Shown here in pieces: positions 54,301 through 64,000 of a stretch of DNA of 64,000 bases (its first letter is position 1; each line of letters starts with the position of its first letter). The stretch is taken from the NCBI RefSeq assembly GCF_009914755.1, contig NC_060935.1; one strand, given 5' to 3'. The notes under the pieces were generated by a model. That model was not told the origin of the DNA. It saw only the letters and a list, made by a program, of their open reading frames with translations, and did not search any database. The position numbers and the translations under genes are program-made. The DNA is from the human T2T-CHM13v2.0 reference genome, Homo sapiens.

Positions 54301-55705
54301 ACTGATATAAAGGTTTAACACATTTTTTATCAAAATCCTGGCACAATTTTTTGTATATACAGATGAGATTACTGTAAAATTTATATGTAATGATAAAGAA
54401 AATAGAATATCTAATACAACCAAAAAGAATAATAATGAGGGAAGTATCAGTCTACCTGATTTCAAGACTTACTATAGCTATGGTAATCAATACTGTGTAA
54501 TATTAGTGAAAGGAGAGACACATAGATCAGTGGAATGCAATACACAATTGAGAAGTAGCCCCATACAGTACAGCCAAGTGACTTTTGACAAAGGTACAAA
54601 TGCAATTCAATGGAAGAAAAAGAATCTTTTTTAACAAAAAATGCTGAAGAAAATGGATATCCACAGGCAACAAAAAAATGAACCTTGACCTATACTTCAT
54701 ACTTTATGTAAAAATTAACTCAAAACGGTCATAGATTTAAATGTAAAATATAAAACTTTTAGAGGCAAATACAGAAGAAAATCCTTGCAACCAGGGTCTC
54801 ATTAATGAGCTCTTAGACATCAAAAGCATAACACATAAATGAAAAAAATTAATAGATTGGATTTTATATCAAAATTATATTTTTCCTCTGTGAAAGTCCC
54901 TTTATTTAAGAGGATGAAAAGACAAGCTATGAGCCAGGAAAAAAATATTTGCAAACTGAATCTAATAAAGAAATAATCTATAAAGAAATCTGAAAACTTA
55001 CCAGTAAAAACACCAGACAATTCAATTTAAAAAATGCGCAAAAGGCACAAAGAGATATTTCACCAAAGAGAATATACAGATGGCAAATAAGCACATGAAA
55101 AGATGTTCAACATCATTAGTCATTATGGAAATGGAAATTAAGACTGCAATAAATATCCCTAACCATCTATCAAAATAGCTAAAATAAAATATAATGACAA
55201 CACCAAATGCTTGAGGGCTTGCAGAGACACTGGATCACCCATACATTGCTGGTGGAAATAGTTTGGCAGTTTCTTAAAAAAACTAAACATACACATACCA
55301 TATTACCCAAGAATCATGCTGCTGACCATTAGAAATAAAAGCTTGTGTGTGTGCAATAGCCTCTACATGTTTCATAATGCTTCATTTGTATAGCCAAAAG
55401 CTGAGGACAACCAAAATGTTGCACAATAGGTGAAAGAGTAAACAAATCATGGTACATCCATACCGTGGAATACTACTCGCCATTAAAAATGGATGAAGTG
55501 TTGATACACATAATTTAGATAGGTTACAGGAATCTACACGTGAGAAAATTACAAGAAACTACACACACACATTGTACTAATGTCAAATTCCTGGTTTTGA
55601 TCTTTTACTAGAATTATGTATGCACCCATATGGGGAAACTGGGTGAAGGGTACATGGAAACTCTATCTTTACAACTTCTTGTGTAATTATTTTAAGATAT
55701 TAAAA
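51362..55705 (+). mobile_element. Ancient L1M (L1MC/MD-like) with multiple internal deletions, interrupted by AluS at 51934-52234
   Basis: Collinear decayed ORF2 blocks (endonuclease ATATATGCACC, GGAGACTTCAACAC; RT GATGCATAAAAAGCATTTGA; TTCAAGACTTACTATA) and 3' end GGGGAAACTGGGTGAAGGGTAC. Confidence 0.85.
51934..52234 (+). mobile_element. AluS
   Basis: Full length, with a small insertion in the right arm. Confidence 0.92.
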
Positions 55706-56607
55706 GATAACAAAAGATCAATCAATTCAGAAACTATTTTGATGTTCCAGCTTTCTTCTTGCTCAAAACATAGAAAATGCAAATAAAACATAATTATTTA
55801 ATTGGTATAAAATCATTCCTCTGTATTGTAAAATAAGTCGGAAATAAAACAGTAAAAAGGTGACTAAAGGAGATACTTCCAAAAGAATAAAAACTGTATT
55901 TCTGCATAGTGGCATAGGTCCTGAGAATATCAATTTTTAAAACTCTAACCACAAACACTTTTTAATTAACTTTACTGTCATGAAAATCATGTATGTAATT
56001 TAGATCTTGTGTTGGATTAAGTCAATTATTGAGCCTCATGGTTCATGAATAAGTGGACCACATGATGTAAACACAAAGTTATTTTTATTTCTATAAATAG
56101 TAACAAAAACAAGTTTTACTTGAAAATTTCAACTATCCTAAAATAATATAAAGAATCACAGATAGCTATTCACTTTTATAACACTGTTTTTAAAAAAAGT
56201 CTGCCATGTATATTCTATACAGAATGACAAATCTAAGGAGCTGAAAATTTCTATTTCTTAAATTTCATTTGAGTAAATCCTACTTGTATAAGTGTATTTT
56301 GCAAATAACAAAGAATATGACATTTGCAACTAGAGAAATAGTCCTAAATGGTTCATCACTTATTAGTGACTCCTACTTAGGCTCTCTGAGGCTTTGGCTT
56401 CCTCATCTGCAAAGTGGACACACCTATGACACTGGACTGTTGTGAGACTTAAATGATACAATGAATATTAAGTTAATATCGTCAAATTATATGTAAATAT
56501 TAATGATTAAAATCAATAACATTATTAACAGTTAAACAATTCTCAATTCTTGGCAAAAGATTTATAAGGCAATTATTTTTCTTCAAATATTCTTCAAATT
56601 CAATTAT

Positions 56608-57110
56608 GCTATTTCATTGATTTTAAGACACAAATTTTTTCACACTTATCTGAAACTGACAGGCATCTTAAAATCACTCTGGTTGGGTAGTAGTCATGAC
56701 ATATTTGTCATTACATGTGTATTAAATTTGAAGAATGGATATCAGTGTGTTGGAAGAAAACCTTGGAGATAATAATGGACATTGATTTAAGAAATGATAT
56801 ATCACTAATGCTCTAAACAGAGAATGATATTATGAAAATAAAACATGGACACAGAGACTCTGAGTTGAAAATCAATGAAAAGACACTTTGAATGTTAAGA
56901 AGTTTTAGGAATGCCTCAGCCAATGAATTTTGCTCATATTGTTCTTTGTATGTAGGTGCAAGGGTGTTATATGATTTTTTTAAAAGGGGGCTCTTTGCAT
57001 GAGTAGAAAAAATTCTTAGTGATAAAGAGTTGTGCCATAGTTGGCATTTTTTTTCTTAGTAGTATATAAAATAGTGTACTTTTAAGATTACACCCCAGCT
57101 TCAATGAAAC
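56608..57110. mobile_element. Old TcMar-Tigger-type DNA transposon remnant
   Basis: TATTTCATTGATTTTAAGACAC... start and ...CAATGAAA end resemble inverted termini; internal TTTAAGAAATG...ATCACTAATGC block. Confidence 0.5.
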
Positions 57111-57681
57111 ACCTTCCTGCCCAAAACACTGACTCAATTTTTAAAATGATTGTTATTCTTTTTTTTAAAAGCCTTCCATTAAAATTTGATTTAAAGAATT
57201 GAATGAATAAAGGTAGAAGAGTCAAGCCTAAGAACCAAGCCTTTGATAAAAAGTAATGACAAAAATCATATGCCACTTGATAAAAGCAGAACGTTAAACT
57301 AAAGCTGTGCTCTGCCTGATCTGGGCTTTGATTTCACTGGGTCCTACAGTGATCTTAGTTTCGTCACTGATGTTTCAATATACAGCATGATTTCTGGCCT
57401 ATTTTAGTAAATATTTATTATAGATGCTAAGTATATGACAAGCACCGAATTAGGCACTAGAGATATAAAGAGAATAAAAGACAGACATGGTCCCTGCTTT
57501 TTCCTTGTCCAGTATCTGGTGAAAATGACATAATAAATAAAGTAGGCAAATAAATAATTATACATTTTTATAAGTACTGTGAAGACACAAGTAGGAAGTG
57601 GAAATAAAAATGAACAATGGGGCATTCAATTTCAGACAATAACAAAAGGGGTAACAGGGAACACTTATACAGTGCTTATAA

Positions 57682-58014
<333 letters not shown>

Positions 58015-58019
58015 CATGC

Positions 58020-59530
58020 TATATGTTTTACACATACTCTTTTAATCTTCAAAAAAAAAACTGGATAAAGGAGATACTTATCTTCATTTTACAAACAGAG
58101 AAAACAGGCTTTGATAATTTAAGTAATTTGGCTAAGATCATATAGCAAGTAAGCAGGGAGTTGGTATGTGAACTCAGTTTGGCTCAAGAGCCCTTGCTTT
58201 CAGCCACTACAATATTAGGGAAAGCCTTTCTGAAGTGTCATTTGAGAATTGAATGATAAGAAGGTAAGGGGTTGGTGGAAGAAATCACATATAAAGCCCT
58301 ACAGGGGTAAAGGAGTCCTTCAGTTTTAGGAAATTAAAGGCGGCCAGTGTGGCTGGAGTAGTTAATGAAAGGAAGAGGGTCAGGAGATAGGGCTGCAGAA
58401 GGCAGTTGCTACCTCAGTCAGGATGCTATGGGTCACAGGAGCTGGGATTTTATTCTAAGTGAAATAGGAACGACTGATTACTTTAAACTGGACAGTGACA
58501 TGACATCATTTTTTTAAAAAATATTTTTCTAGCTAATATGTCAAGAATGAATTGAAAGGAGGTAAGAGAAGTAGGGTCCAAGTCATTCATTTATTCAACA
58601 AATATTAGACAGTTTATGGAGTAACAAATATTGTGGCAGGTACTATTCTAGATACTAGAAATACAGCGAAAAACAACATAGACAAGGTCCTCTACCCTGG
58701 AGTCTACTTTAGAATGCCGAACACCCCCCCCCAACACACATACCCCTTCCTTCTCATACATTAAGAGCTTCTCCCACCCTACTAGACATTTTCCATTAGC
58801 ATGCAAATTCTAGTATCTTCCATCTTTAAACAAACATCAAACAAAAATCTGTCCTTTGACCTTTTATTCCCTCTAGCTACCATTCCATTTTTCTACTTCC
58901 TAAATCCAGAAAAACTTCTTTAAAGGACACTCTGTGGTAGCATCACCTCCAGTTATCGTCTCAACCCACTACAATAAAATTCCTTTCTTTTACTCCATTA
59001 AAACTGCCCTTGTCAATGTCACCACACTACCATCTTGAAGGTAAATTCTCACTTCTCTCTCCTCATCTTATTTCACCTCTTAGGATAATTCACACTGTTA
59101 ACTAGTCCTTGAAACACTCGTCTTTTAGTTTCTGTGCCACAACATTCTTCAGGTTTCCTACCTTGCTGGCCTCTCCTTCTCAGTCTAATTAGAGGGCAAT
59201 GTAACATAAGAATTAAGGGCATAGATTTCTAGATTTAGCTCTGAAAGCAAGTTGTGCTTATCGCATAGAAGACATTGGAAGAGAGTGCTCCCCTTTCTCA
59301 GGCAGGCTAGAAAACTGATTAGTATTTCAGATGAAAAATGATGGTGGGTTATACTAGATTGTTAACAGTGGGAATAAAGAGAAATAAATGGATTTTTCTG
59401 TATTTTAGAAATAGAGCCAAAAACACTTGGAGATGGATTGGATATAGGGAGTCAAAGAAGAGCAGCATCATGGTTTCTTCCTTGAGAAACTGGTAGAATT
59501 ATGGAGCTATTCAAATAAGTCTTGGGGGAA
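58020..59530. mobile_element. Patchwork of MIR and L2 fragments
   Basis: TCATTCATTTATTCAACAAATA, GGCCAGTGTGGCTGGAG, CTTGTCAATGTCACCA and GATGGATTGGATAT blocks. Confidence 0.6.
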
Positions 59531-61118
59531 AAAAGAAGGGTTTGAGGTAGAATAAAGTTTGTGACCCAATAAAAAGTTAGTGAGTATATCTAAAAAACAC
59601 CTAGACTTAGAGATGATCTCATCCGATGCCTTTCCATTGAAATTAATACATGGAAGAGGTTATGTCACACATAGGATCCTGTGTGACCAATGTCACACAG
59701 ACAATTGGTGGTAGAGCTGGAAATAGAATACGAGTCCCTCAGAATCCTGCTAAGAAGCCACAGATCAGCACCAAGCAAGATGATCATTACAGACTGAGTG
59801 AGCCCCTATTACTTTAGTCCTCTTCTTCCCCTGACCAATGCAGTAAAAAATATTTTAATAAAATTGTTGGGTTCATTTAATATAGTTAAGCAAGTTATGA
59901 ACTGCATATTTATATTTCCTTAATAAAAGTGAGGGAAGTAAAGGCAGATAGAATATAAAAAGCAGTGTTACCCTTGACAGTAATAAATCTATTGTGGAGT
60001 CATTAATAACATTTACTCATGTATACTATTTGTAAAAGGTATACATGACATTCCCTCTCAAGTACTGTACATTCTATTTTGCAAGATAACACACATGAAA
60101 ATAATTCAGGACAATAGGAGAGACGTCATAAGGCAATACTAGAATAACTGCCAAATGAATTACATAAACAATACTGTTTTGGAAAAAGGTACTCTGAAGT
60201 AGGCCCTAAGAGAAGGTTTAAGCTAAGCTCTGGAGAATTTGTAAAACCACACAGGGAAGGGGATTAAACAAACCTATAAAATATGTTCACAGGGTGATAG
60301 GTTTGGGGCTGAGGTTTGGAAGTGGAGAGAGTAAGCTATTTTAGACTAGGTGAACAGAGACATTCTGTTTGGTATGAGATTTGGGCCTGAATGATACAGA
60401 GGAAACAAGGAATGTGATAATGGGAGAAGGGGAGAATATTCTAGATTCTAGACCAAGTACAAATAATCCCTACGTTACTGTCTGTGTATTAGGCTCCATA
60501 GATCTAATACACAGAGATCTTGCTCGATGGTAAAATAATGGGATATGAATTCCTGAATTTAAACAAATTCTCTTTCTGAGCTCATTGTCTCCATCAGTAA
60601 TAACTAGTGCACAGAACATGTGCAATAACGTACACAGAAGTGTTTTGGAAACAGAAACGTAATGTATCAAAGTTATAAAAATCAGTTTAAAACGACAAGA
60701 AGGAAAGGTTATATGATTCTTAGTTAAAAATGGAGAAGTGAGTTATGATCATTGCTGATATGGGTATTAGTATCACTTACGTATCTTTACACTGTCTCTT
60801 ATTGTACTTTTTATGCGTATGATTTATTTGCCTTACCAGATTGTAAGCTCCCTGCAGCTGGTAAGCAGATTTTCAACATGGCAGCTGACACAGGCTTTTG
60901 GTTAGCTAAGATGATATATTAAGCCAATAATTCGTTTTACTGTCCTTTGGGGATCTGAATTTGTGTGTGTGTGTGCTCAGAATCCCATCTACTTTCGAGG
61001 GATTCGGGGGGCTTATGATATCACGAAAAGTTAATGAAGACAAGTATAGATAAAAACATAATAGAACCCATCTTAAATAGGACAGAAATCATAGGCAGGT
61101 AATTGTGTTAATTACTAC

Positions 61119-61306
61119 CGCTGGCCTTTGGCTGATATTTCCGGGCAGTCAGAGGAAGAAGGAAATCGGCTGAATCCCGCAGTACCGCACTTTAATCGAC
61201 CTCCAGGTAGTCATTTACAGTCATCTGCAGAGACCAACTTTTCCCTGGACCAAAACCTGCAGGGCACTTGGATCGCGTGGGCTTTCATACGAGAGTCAAC
61301 AACAGC
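61119..61306 (-). other. KBTBD3: Candidate KBTBD3 non-coding 5'UTR exon 2
   Basis: Acceptor TGTTCCGTGTAG| at 61307 (alternative TTTCCTTAG| at 61320) and donor GCG|GTAGTA at 61118. CpG-containing and located between the promoter and the first coding exon. Confidence 0.55.
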
Positions 61307-61919
61307 CTACACGGAACAACTAAGGAAACAGACATACATCAATATGACCCTTCGCAAAGTCTGAGAAAATAACTGAGCAAAGTTATTTACTTGTTTCTGT
61401 TGCTGTTAGAGCAAGGACCTCTGTCATGATGGAAACACTGATACCTCAACAATGGAATCCTGTTTTCTCGCTAGTGCTCTAGCCCAGGCTTGGCAATAGC
61501 AAAACAGCACCTGGGTCGCTTCATCGCCCCAAATAAACAGCCAGCATTAGCTCAGCTGCTCGCTGGCAGCCTCGGATCCAGGCGGGGTCAGTGTTGCGCA
61601 CTGGGGATAGTGCCTCTGCTCGGCCTTCGGAGGGAGGGTTTCAGGTAGGCTGCTGCTAAGGGTCGGGAGCGTACTGTGTGAGGGTGGGTCTTAGGCTGAT
61701 GCGGATGGGGGCAGGGAAAGAAGGAACTCAGGGCTGATGCGTTGCACAACTGCAGGGGGCACCACTGCAGACCCCCTCCTAGAGATGGAAACCTCTCGTG
61801 CCCCGTACACGAAGCTGCTGAAGCCAAGGACATTCTCTTCTCTGTGGGTCACAGGGGCCAACTCAGACCCTGAGAATAAGGGCTACCATCCCACTCCTCC
61901 CTCAGACCCCGGAGCTCAC

Positions 61920-62000
61920 CCACCTGCAACTGCAGTCTCCGAAGTCTCCACCCCAGTCTCCCTGCCTCCAGAGGACTGGTTGCGATTGGCCTGCACCACT
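61920..62000 (-). other. KBTBD3: Candidate KBTBD3 non-coding exon 1
   Basis: Tandem donors CAG|GTGGGT (exon end 61924) and TGG|GTGAGC (exon end 61920) just downstream of the promoter motifs. TSS position is inferred. Confidence 0.55.
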
Positions 62001-62322
62001 GTCCCGTTAACTCTTCCGCAAGTGTGAGTGGCGTAACTGTCGGGCTCTTGGCCTTGGTCCCGCCCTTCGCTCGCCTCCGAAGCCTCGCCTACTTGACGTC
62101 ATACAATGCCGCAAAGCGCAGGGCTGATCTCCGTCTCCGCCCCCAGCTGCTTTCTCCGAGAGGAGGTGGCTGAGTCGGGGGCGGGCTGGGAGGGCTGTCG
62201 GTGGGCCAGTCTGCGTAGCGACGGCCCGTCCCCTGCGCACGGACGCCGGGAAGAAGGGGGTGGGGCCACGTTTGCGTCCGCGCCATCAGGCCCGAGATAG
62301 CGGCGAGGTCCGCTTTCAGTGT

Positions 62323-62505
62323 ATGGTTTTCCCTGCCAAACGGTTCTGCTTGGTGCCATCCATGGAGGGCGTGCGCTGGGCCTTTTCCTGCGGCACTTGG
62401 CTGCCGAGCCGAGCCGAATGGCTGCTGGCAGTGCGATCGATTCAGCCCGAGGAGAAGGAGCGCATTGGCCAGTTCGTCTTTGCCCGGGACGCTAAGGCAG
62501 CCATG
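62323..62505 (+). CDS. AASDHPPT: AASDHPPT exon 1 coding part (4'-phosphopantetheinyl transferase, Sfp-type), aa 1-61
   Basis: Translates to MVFPAKRFCLVPSMEGVRWAFSCGTWLPSRAEWLLAVRSIQPEEKERIGQFVFARDAKAAM, recognised as the human AASDHPPT N-terminus. Phase-0 donor ATG|GTACTA at 62506. The gene continues beyond the window. Confidence 0.95.
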
Positions 62506-64000
62506 GTACTACAGGTCTTTTTTGGTATTTAGAGCCTAGGAAGCAGATCTTGGGGGAGGCGGGCCGGGCTGTGGAGACCCGACACTCCCGCGCTGGCCGC
62601 GACCCTCTCGCTGTGGAGCCTGTGGCCGGCCCGGGCGACAGCAGCCGGCGCTGCGGAGTTGTGGGCGACGCACGGCCTGGTTTCCACGGCCTTTGTAACC
62701 GCCTTGGAGGCCGCGATGGCTGTAAACATTATCTCTTTCCCCTTGTTATTTCAAATGGAGACCCTCCTAAACCATGAAATAAGTGTAGGGAAGGCCGACA
62801 AAATTGGGTTTTTCTGTAATGAATGTTTTTATGTCTTTATCTTTAAATGTTATTTTTTTTTGTTTGTGTGCGTTCATAGCCTATGCTTATTCTGCCTGTT
62901 AAATATCCCATCATTCTCCAAGGACTCCCTGCACGTGGTAGGCCCTAGAAATTATTGACAGTATGATTTAGTTTGTAGCCCTGCGCTCCCCGGGATTGAA
63001 GCCAATGAAATTGAAGCCAGAGAGGATACCTTCCTCACTAGATGCCATGGGAAACAGTATTTTACGTAGATTTATTTATTTTAGCTATGTATTTTGAAGC
63101 AACAAATGGAAAACTGGATTTCAAAACAAGTAATCTGTACAATATGGTGCAATTTGAAACAACCGTGAATTACCATCATTTAAAAGACAGTCCTTTCTTA
63201 AAAATGTCCCATATTGAAACACTTTCTGTTTGAAATGTAGACTAGTTGATAATTTTTAAGGCACATTGGTGAAAATTTTTTACTCATTTGTAAGGAATTG
63301 TAAAATAAGCTACATTTAAAAGCCTGCAGTTTTTAAAAGTCAGTGTTAGAATTGAAGAAGAAAAAAACCTGAAAGATATTTTTAAAAATATATACTTTGT
63401 CATCTTATATTCTTGTTTTTTTGTGTGTGTGTTTTTAGTAATTATTTAAAAAATAATAATTGGAGGTGGGAGAGAGCAGAACAAGATAGGTCATGCCTTG
63501 CTAATTGTTGAAGCTGGGTGATCAATATATGGGATCTAGAAATACATATGCACAGATGTAGGTACAGTAGGGTTGCTCACTGCAGAGTTGTTTTTGACAG
63601 CAAGTCTAGAGCCAGCCTAAAATGTCCAATAAAGGGGAAATAATATTATGAAATATGCTACAGTTAAAACTGCATGGACCAGACGTGTGTGTACAGACAT
63701 AAAATACTTCCCAATACTTATAAATTTAAAGCTTATATGTGGTAGAATACTGCATAAGTATAATCTCATGTTTGTGTTTATATGTAGAGTTAGCAAAAAC
63801 AAGTAAATGCACATATATTTAAATACAGAAAAGACTGACAGGATGCCAGCTGTTAACTTTGGTCACTAGCAAAGGAGAGGGAATTGCTAAGGCGGGCTTT
63901 AACTTTTTATCTACTTAAGCATTGCTTAAGTCTTAATTAACGTGTGTTTAATACTTAAGTATTTTGAAAAGTTTTAAAAATGAAAATTTTAGAAACCAAA

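Larger units (their letters stand above)
61500..62720. promoter_or_regulatory. CpG island / bidirectional promoter shared by KBTBD3 (-) and AASDHPPT (+)
   Basis: High GC and CpG content. Perfect CRE TGACGTCA at 62094-62101, inverted CCAAT (ATTGG) at 61985-61989, ETS-like CTTCCG at ~62013, GC boxes at ~62059, ~62135 and ~62177, KLF-like GGGGTGGGG at ~62257. First exons are head-to-head. Confidence 0.9.

Noticed and set aside
62128-62322. Stop-free in-frame region upstream of the AASDHPPT ATG (GTG at 62260), and ATG ORF 62106-62300
   Set aside because: GC-rich and probably mostly upstream of the main TSS; no positive evidence of translation.
63913-63931. 9-bp inverted repeat ACTTAAGCA-T-TGCTTAAGT
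   Set aside because: Short, inside decayed repeat-like AT-rich sequence; near chance expectation for 64 kb.

Overview
Human (or very closely related hominid) genomic DNA, AT-rich and densely filled with repeats. The gene order matches chr11q22.3. It contains three genes. (1) A CpG-island promoter and non-coding first exon of a minus-strand gene at about 5.5-7.3 kb, most likely MSANTD4 by synteny; none of its coding sequence is in the window. (2) The complete KBTBD3 gene on the minus strand, a BTB-BACK-Kelch CUL3 adaptor of 612 aa. Its CDS is 43698-43466 joined to 39056-37451, with candidate 5'UTR exons near 61.1-62.0 kb and a 3'UTR to about 35.7 kb. (3) The first coding exon of AASDHPPT (4'-phosphopantetheinyl transferase, plus strand, 62323-62505), which shares a bidirectional CpG-island promoter with KBTBD3. 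The rest is Alu, L1, L2, MIR, MaLR/ERV LTRs and hAT/Tigger fossils. I found no new protein-coding system, no RNA gene and no CRISPR array, and nearly all short ORFs in the track are spurious or repeat-derived. The three best unexplained structures are: (a) a tail-to-tail inverted Alu hairpin in the KBTBD3 coding intron whose 28-nt loop holds a branch point feeding a mutation-strengthened U15-AG acceptor, predicting a structure- or ADAR-gated poison exon; (b) a ~200-bp templated insertion with snap-back hairpins inside a THE1 LTR, copied from 3.2 kb upstream; (c) a probable L1 3'-transduction with 5' inversion inside an MLT1 LTR. Repeat subfamily names come from recalled consensus sequences and their boundaries are approximate.
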